64,000 nucleotides of DNA from the human T2T-CHM13v2.0 reference genome, Homo sapiens: assembly GCF_009914755.1 (NCBI RefSeq), contig NC_060933.1. One strand, written 5' to 3'. Positions within the stretch are counted from its first letter, which is position 1, and each line of letters begins with the position of its first letter. The translations under genes and the position numbers were made by a program. The notes beneath the pieces are model-generated. The model ran no database searches, was not told the DNA's origin, and saw only the letters and a program-made list of their open reading frames with translations. This document shows positions 35,340-52,466 of this stretch, piece after piece.

Positions 35340-36664
35340 TAACCTCTACAGGTGGCTAATGGAACACAGCAAAGAAAAAAACCACTAAGGGAGCTCATTA
35401 ACTTTACGATGTAAGACCAAACTAAACAAGTAAAATATGTGGCTCCTATTGATGAGCCACAGGGATGAGACAGAAGAATGTAGTAAATTAAGAAAAAAAT
35501 TACTAAGAACTTTCAGAAAATGTAATTAGAACATAATCAGGATTTTTCAGAGCTAAAAATTTCCTAAGAGAAAAATTCAACAGATGAACTGATAAATAAC
35601 CCCTTGTGAGAGCTGAATCTTTTGTTCCAGAAGATCAAATAGAAACAATTTCATGATGTAAGGCATATAGAAATAAAATTATTTTTGAAAAGATAAGAGA
35701 CCTGCAGGAGCAAATTCAAGAGGTTTGGGAATGAGTGTTATAGAAAGAAAACAAGACAGAACAAGTATTAGTTTAGGAAATAATAGAAGAAACTTACCTA
35801 GTTTAGAAACATTGAAGGTTGTCAGATTGAAAAGGCTGAGACTTAGATACATTTGATTGCGGGTGGGGCTATGTGGAAAAAGTTTAATGAAAAAATGTAC
35901 ATATCTAGAGATAATGTGCAGAAATAACTGAATTTCAGTCATGAGAAAAATCATTCAGAGAAAAGGGAAAGAGAATCACATTGACAATAGACTTCTCACT
36001 ACTAACCCTAGAAACTTAAGGGAACATTAGAACAACATCTCATAGCCATGAAAAAAGAATCTCTAACAATCCTGTACCTAGACAGGATGTCCTTTATCTC
36101 GGTTAAGTAACGGTATGTTCGGATAATTTATTTCGTTTAATAAGGGAATGCCTCGGTATTGGAGCTACAGTGAACAGGACAAGCAAGTGGACATGTAACT
36201 AATTCCTAGGTTAGTGAGAGATAGGTGATAAACAAGTTTAGACAAGAAAATGAAACGTGATGACCATACCATCCATGTTAGGTATATGCAATGCTTAGGG
36301 ACAATTATTATCTGTATTAATATTCATATTAATAAAAACTTCCTATGGAAGACCATCCTATTGAAAAATGGACGAACAAGGCAACTTGCAGAAGGAGAAG
36401 TATGAAGAGCCAATAAAAATGAAAAGATAAGCATCACTAGCAAGGAAACAAATGGAAATTAAAATAAGACAATTTTTCACCAATCTAATGCAGGCATAAA
36501 CAGGAATTCTAGGAACAAGTAGAGTGTTACTGGGAATTAATGTAATTTTTTGGATAAATTTGGCAATACATATTAAAATGAATGTACATACATACACTTT
36601 GACTTGGCAATCCTACTTAAGGGAAGGTACCCCACAAAATATATATGCACCAAAACATAAGGAG

Positions 36665-36696
<32 letters not shown>

Positions 36697-37380
36697 GTTG
36701 ATTGCAGCATTGTCTGTAGTTGCCAAAGGTCCATCAAGAAAAGAATAGCAAAGTAAATAAGAAACTTCCATACTTTGGAATATCACACAAATACTAAAAA
36801 TAGTAGTAAGTGTATCTATGAATGTGGAAGAACAGTCAGAAAACACTAAGTGAAAAAAATCAAATTGCATGGTAATGTGTAAATTAAGATTCCAATTTTG
36901 TGTGAAAATGATAAAAGTTCCTGTATATATTTATCAGTTTAAAAATTTACTCATTTCTGAGTTAGAATCCAATGCAGACATTTAAAATCAAGTTACAGAA
37001 GAATGTTAAGTTTATACAACATTTGTGATAAAATAATGTCATAAAAGCAGATTATAAAACTGTATGATAGCTTTATATAAAGAAAAAAATTGTATTTTAG
37101 ATAACCCTCTACTTAAGAAACTAACAGATTTATCAACTGTGCTCGTCATAACCAGTTACATTAGCAGGCATTTACAGTATCATCAGTTTGGATTTAAAAA
37201 CAGACTTCAGCAGAAGTCTAATATGCTGTAAAATATAAGAGTTTGTGCAAATGTCCCTGGAAAAGACATAAGGACTACATAAAAATTAATAATGATTATC
37301 TGTGAATGGTGAAACTATTGGCAGTTTATTTTTGTTACTTTCTGTGTTTCTTGGGTTTTCTTCATTGAACATGGAGAAAT
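35340..37380 (+). mobile_element. Ancient L1M/HAL1-type remnants in sense orientation
   Basis: ORF1-like motif GAAATAATAGAAGAAAC...CAGATTGAAAAGGC near 35777-35836 and ORF2 C-terminal/3' UTR remnants at 36360-36930. Confidence 0.6.
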
Positions 37381-37610
37381 TTGTCATTCATAAAAAAAAA
37401 ATTTAACAAAAATTCATTTATGATCCTGTATGAATTTTAAAATTCATATAAGCTAAAATGTTAATTCATGTTTTAAATAGCCCAAGTAAGGATGAATTAA
37501 ATTACTAGAAGCAGGTCAGCATTTACTCAATATATTTAATATAAGCCAGATTACTATGACTAATATTATATTTATCTTAACATCTCCACAAAGTTCTAGA
37601 AATAAGACGG

Positions 37611-38066
37611 TGGTGAAAGGATAATAAAAACTCAGGACCCCAATTCACCACTCCAAAAGGGAAAAAATAAGCTGAAAGCCCAGTCATGCAAGAAACTGCC
37701 TTTCCTTTTGTTCCTGAGCTGATAACTACAGATAAAAGGTTAGGTTACCTACTCCACAAGTAGCTACTTATGTTCACCATATCTTATGTAAAGTGCCTGT
37801 TTAATGATGCCAGACGAATACATAATTGACTATTCCCCTACCTGCTCTTTTCTCTTGGAACTTGTGGATTACCATACCCTCCTTCTCTCCCCTCCAGCCC
37901 ACTTTTCCCCTTTAAAGATTGAAGCCCTCAAATTCATCTTTGGAGAAAGGCACAGATCACAGACTGTCACTGTGATTCTGTTTTTTTGTTCCGGGCATAT
38001 GCTTAACCTTGGCAAAATAAACTTCTAAATTGATTGAGACCTGTCTCAGATACTTCTTGGTTTACA
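37611..38066 (+). mobile_element. MER4-group solo LTR
   Basis: GTGAAAGG..CTCAGGACCCCAA start, AATAAA, TGAGACCTGTCTCAGATAC...GGTTTACA end. Confidence 0.8.
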
Positions 38067-38070
38067 ACTA

Positions 38071-38579
38071 TGTTCTAAATAAAGTGTTGGTGCCACAAAA
38101 GAAATAGCACTCAAATATAAAATTTTCTTTTTAATTCTCAGCAAGGCAGTGTACTTCTATAGAGGGGTGCGCCCTTACAGATGGAGCAATGGTGAGCGCA
38201 CACTTGGACAAGGGAGGGGAAGGGGTTCTTATCCCTGACGCACGTGGCCCCTGCTGCTGTGTCGTTCCCCTCTTGGCTAGGGTTAGACCGCACAGGCTAA
38301 ACTAATTCCGATTGGCTAATTTAAAGAGAGTGACTGGGCGAGTGGTTTGGCGGGAAAAATGGTTATGGCAGAGCAGGAAATTGGAGTGAGTCAGGGTGGA
38401 GAATGAGCAGGTAATGGGAACGAGTCAGGGTGGAGTAGGTAATCGGAATGAGTCAGGGTGGAGGAGGTAATCTAAAAAGATTGCTTTATGAGGAAGTTAA
38501 GTTTAAAAGTAGAAGGCAAAGAATTGAACTTACTGACATATCGATTCTTTGAAGAGAAACTTAGAACTCCTATCTAACA
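38071..38579 (-). mobile_element. LTR10 (LTR10F/A-like, HERV-I family) solo LTR
   Basis: Revcomp begins TGTTAGATAGGAGTTCTAAG...CAAAGAATC; internal CCACCCTGACTCA repeats; perfect TSD ACTA (38067, 38580). Confidence 0.88.
38387..38455. promoter_or_regulatory. AP-1 motif array inside LTR10
   Basis: TGAGTCA at 38387 and 38449, variant CGAGTCA at 38421, each followed by GGGTGGAG. Confidence 0.65.
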
Positions 38580-39034
38580 ACTATAAGTAATAAATAAGTG
38601 AAATAAAAATTAGATTTTCAGTGGCCAAAAATATTAAATTATTTTGTTACTCTTTATGTACTTTATTTCTTCAACTTACGACAAGTATAATTTCTTCTAA
38701 CTTCTTTGTTGTCTTAATATTTAGCGTAATATAAAAGGTAGTCACTTAATAAATTAATGTGAAATTATTTCTGATATAAAAATAAAGCTATCAGACTGTT
38801 CCCTCTGTACTGTCTAGTGGGAATTTTAGGGGGGAAAAATGTACATACAAAATGGCCTACAAATAACATGGAGGAATCATATGTAAAAACTAATGTACCA
38901 GTTGCTTAAACTTTCACTAAACTCTTCTTCCTTTGAAAGATGAGGAAGAGTTTTAATTATATACTGAATATAAAAATTATGCTATTCATAATATGCATAC
39001 AGCACATTTGCAGTCAGTGGTAAATTATTGATCT

Positions 39035-39236
39035 TGAAACCACCTTTGCAAAAATAACAATGAGAAAATTATGACAGTAAAAGAAATCTAATCTAACCCC
39101 CATCTTGCCTTTAACCTCCCAACTGCCCTTGGTCATTCCTGGGCCTAGGCCATGCTAACTTTAGGAGAAATTTATAGTTTAAATGATAATGGCCCTTCCC
39201 CAAAACTAAACCACCTTTGTAAAGCTAATGAAAGAC
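39035..39236 (+). mobile_element. LTR8-family LTR, 5' part
   Basis: Begins TGAAACCACCTTTGCAAAAAT and stops abruptly at CTAATGAAAGAC. Confidence 0.85.
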
Positions 39237-39347
39237 GAGGTCTTGCTGTGTTGCCCAGGCTGGTCTCAATCTCCTGGACTTAAGTGATATGCCCACCTCA
39301 GACTCCCAAAGTGCTGGGATTACAGATGTGAGCCACTGCACCTGGCC
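39233..39347 (-). mobile_element. Alu left arm (FLAM/AluJ), no tail
   Basis: GAGGTCTTGCTGTGTTGCCCAGGCTGG...CACCTGGCC abutting the LTR fragment. Confidence 0.85.
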
Positions 39348-39519
39348 TGGATAAGCAAACTTTCTAGGTAACCAAAGCTTTATCAGATTCTGAAACGTTA
39401 CTAATTTAATGATTCTTTTCCTCAAATGTATTCTATAGTTTTTTATCCTTGTATGAAATATATTGAATATGAATTAACGGTGTACTTGAAGATTAAATTG
39501 TATAATTATAATAGTAAAT

Positions 39520-39690
39520 TTTGGGAGGTGTCTATGTTCTAGGCACTATTGTAGTGCTTTATGTGTATTAAAATTAATTTGTTATTCATAACAATCCTCT
39601 CAAGGTAGATACTTTTATATTCCCATCATACAGTTGAGCAAACTAGGGTACAGAGAGGTTAAGTAACCTGCTCAAGAATACATGGCTAAT
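39520..39690 (-). mobile_element. MIR fragment
   Basis: ACAGAGAGGTTAAGTAACCTGCTCAAG core. Confidence 0.7.
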
Positions 39691-41749
39691 AATGAAATGT
39701 TAGTAATATTTTGAAAGCTCTATTTCTGCATCATTATTAGAGCCATAGGCATCTCCTTATCAATTTGTATCTTAAAAAGAAATCTCACTGGCACTTTTTT
39801 AATGGGGTTTAAAGAAAAAAATTGCTCTACTGTTTTAAGAATCCCCACCTCTCTCAAAACCAACGACTGATCTGCTTTTTGTCACTGCCAATTACTTTGT
39901 GTTTTCTGGTTTTATATAAATTAAGTCATACACTGTATACTTATTTTTTCTAGTTTCTCTCAGCATATTTTGAGATTCATCCATTTTGTCGTGAATCAGT
40001 AATTCATTATGAGTATTAGTTTACGGATTTCTCACAGTTGGTTTATCCATTCATCTGTTGATGGACAGTTTGACTTGTTTCCCGTTTGGGGCTGTAACAA
40101 ACAAAACTACATGAACATTGATGTACAAGTCTTTGTATGGATGCGTATTTCCTTTTCTGTTGGGTAAATATCCATGAGTGGAACAGCTACATTATATGGT
40201 AGAAGTATATTTGACTTTTAAAGGAAATGTGAAACTTTTCTGAAGTAGTTATACCATTTTACATTCCCGCTAGCAGTGTATGAGAATTTCTATTTTCCTC
40301 TATCTTTGCCAACATGTGGTAGGGTATGCCTTTTTAATTTTAGTCATTCTGGTAGTGGTGTAGTGATATCTCATTATAATTTTAACTTGCATTTTTCTAA
40401 TAACTAATGATGTTGAACATTTTTCTCATTTGTTTATTTGTTATGTGTGTGTCTTATTTGGTAAAATGTGTGTTCAAATCTTTTGCCCATTTTTTTAGAT
40501 GGGATCCTTGATTTCTTGTTGTTAAGTTCATATTTTGCATCTTGATATCTGTTCCAGTACAATTGGTTGAAAAGATTATCCCTTCTACACAACATATCTT
40601 TTGCACCTTTGTCAAAAATCAGTTGTCTACATATGTGTGGGTTTACTTCTATATACTTCATTCTGTTCCATGATCTATTTGTATATATTTAACATCATTT
40701 TGATTACTCTAGATATATAATAATTTTTGAAATCACACAGTGTTAGGTCTCCAACTTCGTTCATTTTCAAAGTTGCTTTTGCTATTGTAGGCCTTTGTAT
40801 TTCCATATTTTATGTTCATCTCAATTTTTTTTTGTAAACATTAAAACACAGGAAAAGAATTAGAGCATAGATATAAGGGTTATTTTTACTTATAGCATTA
40901 TATGTAAATTAAAACTACATTGTTTTGAAAAAACTTCCACTGAACAAACATTTTTCTCACCATGTTTACTCTTTTTTTTTAAATTTTATTATTATTATAC
41001 TTTAAGTTTTAGGGTACATGTGCACAATGTGTAGGTTTGTTACATATGTATACATGTGCCATGTTAGTGTGATGCACCCATTAACTCATTTAGCATTAGG
41101 TATATCTCCTAATGCTATCCCTCCCCCCTGCCCCCACCCCACAACAGTCCCCAGTGTGTGATGTTCCCCTTCCTGTGTCCATGTGTTCTCATTGTTCAAT
41201 TCCCACCTATGAGTGAGAACATGTGGTGTTTGTTTTTTTGTCCTTGGGATAGTTTGCTGAGAATGATGGTTTCCAGCTTCATCCATGTCCCTACAAAGGA
41301 CATGAACTCATCCTTTTTTATGGCTGCATAGTATTCCATGGTATATATGTGCCACATTTTCTTAATCCAGTCTATCATTGTTGGACATTTGGCTTGGTTT
41401 CAAGTGTTTGCTATTGTGAATAGTGCCGCAGTAAACATACGTGTGCATGTGTCTTTATAGCAGCATGATTTATAGTCATTTGGGTATATACCCAGTAATG
41501 GGATGGCTGGGTCAAATGGTATTTCTAGTTCTAGATCCCTGAGGAATCGCCACACTGACTTCCACAATGGTTGAACTAGTTTACAGTCCCACCAACAGTG
41601 TAAAACTGTTCCTATTTCTCCACATCCTCTCCAGCACCTGTTGTTTCCTGACTTTTTAATGATTGCCATTCTAACTGGTGTGAGATGATATCTCATAGTG
41701 GCTTTGATTTGCATTTCTCTGATGGCCAGTGATGATGAGCATTTTTTCA

Positions 41750-43364
<1,615 letters not shown>

Positions 43365-43367
43365 TCA

Positions 43368-43742
<375 letters not shown>

Positions 43743-43858
43743 CTAGATTTTCTAGTTTATTTGTGTAGAGGTGTTTATGGTATTCTCTGATGGTAGTTTG
43801 TATTTCTGTGGGATTGGTGGTGATATCCCCTTTGTCATTTTTTATTGCGTCTGTTTGA

Positions 43859-44259
<401 letters not shown>

Positions 44260-46499
44260 GATTTTTTTTAAGGTTTTTTTGTGTCTCTATTTCCTTCAGT
44301 TCTGCTCTGATCTTAGTTATTTCTTACCTTCTGCTAGCTTTTGAATGTGTTTGCTCTTGCTTCTCTAGTTATTTTAATTGTGATGTTAGGGTGTCAATTT
44401 TAGATCTTTCCTGCTTTCTCTTGTGGGCATTTAGTGCTATAAAATTCCCTCTACGCACTGCTTTGAATGTGTCCCAGAGATTCTGGTTATGTTGTGTCTT
44501 TGTTCTCGTTGGTTTCAAAGAACATCTTTATTTCTGCCTTCATTTCGCAGGAGCAGGTTGTTCAGTGTCCATGTAGTTGAGTGGTTTTGAGTGAGTTTCT
44601 TAATCCTGAGTTCTAGTTTGATTGCACTATGGTCTGACAGACAGTTTGTTATAATTTCTGTTCTTTTACATTTGCTGAGGAGTGCCTTACTTCAAACTAT
44701 GTGGTCAATTTTGGAATAGGTGTGGTGTGTTGCTGAAAAGAATGTATATTCTGTTGATTTGGGGTGGAGAGTTCTGTAGATGTCTATTAGGTCTGCTTGG
44801 TGCAGTGCTGAGTTCAATTCCTGGATATCCTTGTTAACTTTCTGTCTCTTTGATCTGTCTAATGGTGACAGTGGGGTGTTAAAGTCTCCCATTATTATTG
44901 TGTGGGAGTCTAAGTCTCTTTGTAGGTCAGCAAGGACTTGCTTTATGAATCTAGGTGCTCCTGTATTGCGTGCTCCTGTATTGGGTGCATATATATTTAG
45001 GATAGTTAGCTCTTCTTGTTGAATTGATCCCTTTAGCATTATGTAATGGCCTTCTTTGTCTCTTTTGATCTTTGTTGGTTTAAAGTCTGTTTTACCCGAG
45101 AGTAGGATTGCAACCCCTGCCTTTTTTTGTTTTCCATTTGTTTGGTAGATCTTCCTCCATCCCTTTATTTTGAGCCTATGTGTGTCTCTGCACCTGAGAT
45201 GAGTTTCCTGAATACAGCACACTGATGGGTCTTGAGTCTTTATCCAATTTGCCAGTCTGTGTCTTTTAATTGGAGCATTTAGCCCATTTACATTTAAGGT
45301 TAATATTGTTATGTGTGAATTTGATCCTGTCATTATGATGTTAGCTGGTTATTTTGCTTGTTAGTTGATGCAGTTTCTTCCTAGCCTTGATGGTCTTTAC
45401 AATTTGGCATGTTTTTGCAGTGGCTGGTACCAGTTTTTCCTTTCCACGTTTAGTGCTTCTTTCAGGAGCTCTTTTAAGGCAGGCCTGGTGGGGACAAAAT
45501 CTCTCAGCATTTGCCTGTCTGTAAAGGATTTTATTTCTCTTTCACTTATGAAGCTTAGTTTGGCTGGATATGAAATTCTGGGTTGAAAATTCTTTTCTTT
45601 AAGAATGTTGAATATTGGCCCTCACTCTCTTCTGGCTTGTCGAGTTTCTGCCAAGAGATCGGCTGTTAGTCTGATGGGCTTCTCTTTGTGGGTAACCCGA
45701 CCTTTCTCTGTGGCTGCCCTTAACATTTTTTCCTTCATTTCAACTTTGCTGAATCTGACAATTATGTGTCTTGGAGTTGCTCTTCTCAAGGAGTATCTTT
45801 GTGGCGTTCTCTGTATTTCCTGAATTTGAATGTTGGCCTGCCTTGCTAGATTGGGGAAGTTCTCCTGGATAATATCCTGCAGAGTGTTTTCCAACTTGGT
45901 TCCATTCTCCCCGTCACTTTCAGGTCAGGTACACCAATCAGACATAGATTTTGTCTTTTCACATAGTCCTATATTTCTTGGAGGCTTTGTTCGTTTCTTT
46001 TTATTCTTTTTTCTCTACACTTCTCTTCTCGCTTCATTTCATTCATTTCATCTTCCATCGCTGATACCCTTTCTTCCAGTTGATCGCATCGGCTACTGAG
46101 GCTTGCGCATTCGTCACGTAGTTCTCGTGCCATGGGTTTCAGCTCCATCAGGTCCTTTAAGGACTTCTCTCCATTGGTTATTCTAGTTAGCCATTCGTCT
46201 AATTTTTTTTCAAGGTTTTTAACTTCTTTGCCATTGGTTCGCACAGAGTAATTTGATTTTCTGAAGCCTTCTTTCAACTCGTCAAAGTCATTTTCCATCA
46301 AGCTTTGTTACATTGTTTGTGAGGAGCTGCGTTCCTTTGGAGGAGAAGAGGCACTCTGATTTTTAGAGTTTCCGGTTTTTCTGCTCTGTTTTTTCCCCGT
46401 CTTTGTGGTTTTATCTACCTTTGGTCTTTGATGATGGTGATGTACAGGTGGGTTTTTGGTGTGGATGTCCTTTCTGATTGTTAGTTTTCCCTCTAACAG

Positions 46500-47410
46500 T
46501 CAGGACCCTCAGCTGCAGGTCTGTTGGAGTTTGCTGGAGGTCCACTCCAGACCCTGTTTGCCTGGGTATCAGCAGCGGTGGCTGCAGAACAGTGGATATT
46601 GGTGAACCTCAAATGCTGCTGCCTGATCGTTGCTCTGGAAGTTTTGTCTCAGAGGAGTACCCGGCCGTGTGAAGTGTCAGTCTGTCCCTACTGGGGGGTG
46701 CCCCTCAGTTATGCTACTCAGGGGTCAGGGACCCACTTGAGGAGGCAGTCTGCCGGTTCTCAGATCTCAAGCTGTGTGCTGGGAGAGCCACTACCCTCTT
46801 CAAAGCTGTCAGACAGGGACATTTAAGTCTGCAGAGGTTACTGCTGCCTTTTGTTTGTCTGTGCCCTGCCCCCAGAGGTGGAGACTGCTGAGGAAGGCGG
46901 GCCTCCTTGAGCTGTGGTGGGCTCCACCCAGTTCAACTTCCCGGCTGCTTTGTTTACCTACTCAAGCCTCGGGAATGGCGGGCGCCCCTCCCCCAGCCTC
47001 GCTGCCACCTTGCAGTTTGATCTCAGACTGCTGTGCTAGCAATGAGCGAGGCTCCGTGGGCATAGGACCCTCCGAGCCAGGTGCGGGATATAATCTCCTG
47101 GTATGCCATTTGTTAACCCTGTTGGAAGAGCACAGTATTAGGGTGGGAGTGACTCGATTTTCCTGGTGCTGTCTGTCACCCCTTTCTTTGACTAGGAAAG
47201 GGAATTCCCTGACCCCTTGCGCTTCCCAGGTGAGGTGATGCCTTGCCCTGCTTCAGCTCACGCACAGTGCGCTGCACCCACTGTCCGGCACACCCCGGTG
47301 AGATGAACCCGGCATCTCAGTTGTAAATGCAGAAATCACCCGTCTTCTGTGTTGCTCATGCTGGGAGCTGTAGACTGGAGCTGTTCCTATTTGGCCATCT
47401 TGGCTCCACC
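46500..47410. promoter_or_regulatory. L1 5' UTR bidirectional promoter; antisense promoter faces the downstream RIC1 exon
   Basis: Intact L1PA 5' UTR on the - strand; established sense and antisense promoter architecture. Confidence 0.65.
46975..47238 (+). CDS. LINE-1 ORF0 (antisense 5' UTR ORF), open, 87 aa
   Basis: MAGAPPPASLPPCSLISDCCASNERGSVGIGPSEPG... matches primate L1 ORF0; ATG in GGAATGG context; no internal stop. Expression unproven. Confidence 0.6.
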   Translation: MAGAPPPASLPPCSLISDCCASNERGSVGIGPSEPGAGYNLLVCHLLTLLEEHSIRVGVTRFSWCCLSPLSLTRKGNSLTPCASQVR

Positions 47411-48205
47411 CCCCCCCCCCCCCCATCTCATCAATTTATACAGAAATGTCTGCTGGGAGTTTGATTGGGATTACATTGAATCTTTGGATCCATTTGGGGA
47501 GAGTTGCTATCTTAGCAATATAAACAAGATGTATTTCTCCATTGAAGTATTTTTACTTTCAGCACTGTTTTCTAGTTATCAGTGTACAAGTATTTCATCT
47601 CTTTTGCCAGATTTATCCATATCTCACAACTTTAATGTTACTGATTTTTTTCATTTTCTAATTGTTCTTATTAGTATGTAAAAATGCAGTTGATTTTTCT
47701 ATATTTGTCTTGTGTCCAGCAGTCATACTAAACTCACTTATTATAGTTAATTCCATTAGGAGTCCTATGCAAATGACCATATCAAAAACAGTTTTACTTT
47801 TTCTCCCCAATTTATATACCTTTTCTTTTTCTTGTCTGAATTTACTGCCTAGAGTCTAGACAGTGTTGAATATGATGGAGGCATTCAGTCTTTTACCATT
47901 AAGAATGATGTTATAAATATTTTATAAATCTCTTTCATCAAGATATGGAAGTTTCCCATTTCTTCCTAATTTACTGAGAATTTTTAATCAGGAATGGATG
48001 TTGAATTTTGTCTAATGCTTTTAATGCAATGTATTCAGACTGTCATGGTTTTCCTTTTTTAGTTTGTTAATAAGGTAAATTACATGTATTTAATTTTGTT
48101 AAACCCCAACCCTGCATTCTTGGATAAACCTCATTTGGTTGTGATGTTTTTTTTTTATAAGGTTGAATTTAATTTGCTATAATTTTGTTTAGAATATGTT
48201 AATGA

Positions 48206-49908
<1,703 letters not shown>

Positions 49909-52151
49909 AGAATATGTTAATGAGGGATCTTGGCCTGTAGTTATAATGTCTTTGTCTGGTTTTGTTATGAGGCCTCATAAAATGAGATAGGAAGTGGTTC
50001 CTTCTCTTTGGTGTTCTGGAAGAGTCTGTATTCAACTGATATTATTTATTTCTTAAAGAGTTGGTAGAATTTACCAGTGATGCTGTCTCAGCCTAGAATT
50101 TTCTTTGTGGAAAGGATTTGAATTGGAATTATAATTTCTTTAACAGACATTGGCTTTTCAGGGTACAGATTTCTTTTCAGTGAACTTTGGTGGTTTGTGT
50201 TTATCAAGGAATTTGTCCATCTCATCCAAGTTGTTAAAATTATTGTCATATTAATAATGTGACCTCATTATTCTTTTAATACCTCTAGAATTTGTAGTGA
50301 TATCACCTCTTTGATTTCTGTTAGTGGCTCTTTTTTGCCTGATCAGTGTGACCAGAAATATGTCAGTTTTAGTGATCTTCTAAAACAATATCAAAAGAAC
50401 CCCAGATTTTTATTCATTGATTTTATTTTTCTGTTTTCTATTTCATTGATTACCACTCTGATCTCTGTTATTTGCATGCTTCCCCACCCTCCACCACTTG
50501 CTTTGGGTTTCGTTTGCTCTAGTTTAATTTGTTTCTAGTTTAAGGTAGAAGCTTGTCATTGATTTGAGATTTTCCTTTTTTTCTAATATAAGTATTTTAA
50601 GGCTGTAAATTTCCTCTTTAGTACTGCTTTAGCAGCATCCCACAAATTTTGGGATGATGTATTTTTAAAATTTCCCTTTTTCTCCTTTGATTCATGGGTT
50701 ATTTAGAAGTATGCAGTTAAGCTTCAAAATATTTGTGGGCTTTCCAGAATTTTTTTTATTTGTTTCTAGTTTTGTTCTATTGGGATCAGGAAACATATAT
50801 TATACACATTTTATTTTTACACACGGTATAAACCCCAGCATACACTGCTATTATTCTTGTTTTAAAGCCTGTTATCTTTTAAAGAAATTTAAGTGAAGCA
50901 AATGAAATTTGAATTTAATTAAATATTTTTTTTCTGACTCTTACCCCTGTCATGCGGAGACTCTGTTTATATGTATATTGGGCTACATGAAGTTGTTCCT
51001 CAATTCACTGATTTTGTTTCTGTTTTATTTTGGGTTTTTTTTTGTGTGTGTGTGTTTCATTATGGATAATTTTTATTGCTGTGCTTTTCTGATCATTGTC
51101 TAACCTGTCATTCATCCAGCCAATGTCTTTTTCATCTCAGATATTTTAGTATTTCTGTTTCTAGAGTTTTGTTTGAGTTTTCTATATTGCCTAACCTTTG
51201 GAACATACAGAATATAGTTCACATTTGGAACATTATGAAATATAGCAAAAGGTTTTAATGTCCTTTTGTGCTAATTTTAACATCTGATTGAGTTATGCAT
51301 TGTTTTGGTTGATTTTTCATTATGTCTCATGTTTGTCTTACTCTTCCTGGACTCTTCAGCTTCTTCTCAACTCTGGAAATCTGCCAGGCTTTGTCTTAGT
51401 GCACCTTCTAAGTGTGCTGACCCAGAAATTCTCACAAGGCAGTAAGCTGGGTAAGAGTAGGAGGGTCACTTCAGTTGTTTCTTATCTCTCAAGGATGACT
51501 GGCCTTCATTGCTTGATGCCAGTGTTTTGAAAAGTATTTCATAGATTTTGTCTGTTTTTGTTGTTGTTGTTGTTCTTGTTTTTTTATGTGTGAAACCTTT
51601 GTTATGATTTGATTTGAAGCCATTTTCCTTTTGCTTCCATACTCTCCATATTGCAAGAACATAAAATTGCACATAAAGAATTAGAAAGATGATCTTATCT
51701 GAAGAATTTTCACCCTTTTGTTTTTGTATCTTACAGTGTTGAAACTCTAGTTTCAAATACATTATAAAATAGTAAAGTTAATGGTCAAAAAGAAAGCAAA
51801 CCACCTGGTTTTGCTGAAGAAACTAAGTATTTTCTTGGTCATTCCTTTGAAAAACAGGAAGCCAGAATTAGAAAGAAATTTGAAACCTTGGATAATTTCT
51901 TGGTTTTCTTTGGTTCTACTTTGAGTACATGCCCACCTCCCTCTAAAATGATAGGAATTCAGTATTACTGTAAAGTAGTTTGGGCAAAACACTGCCACTT
52001 CACTCTGTTAGGCGTAAAAATGTTTGGCTGGAAACAGCTAAATATAATATTTTGTACTTACAGAAATGTAAAATGGTTGTTTGAACTTCACAAATGTATG
52101 TATGTCATGACGCAGATGTATGTCATGATCATGTAATAGCACTGTTTTTAA

Positions 52152-52466
<315 letters not shown>

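Noticed and set aside
44955-44985. 15-bp in-frame tandem duplication in L1 EN (NTGARNTGAPR)
   Set aside because: Ordinary slippage in a dead element.
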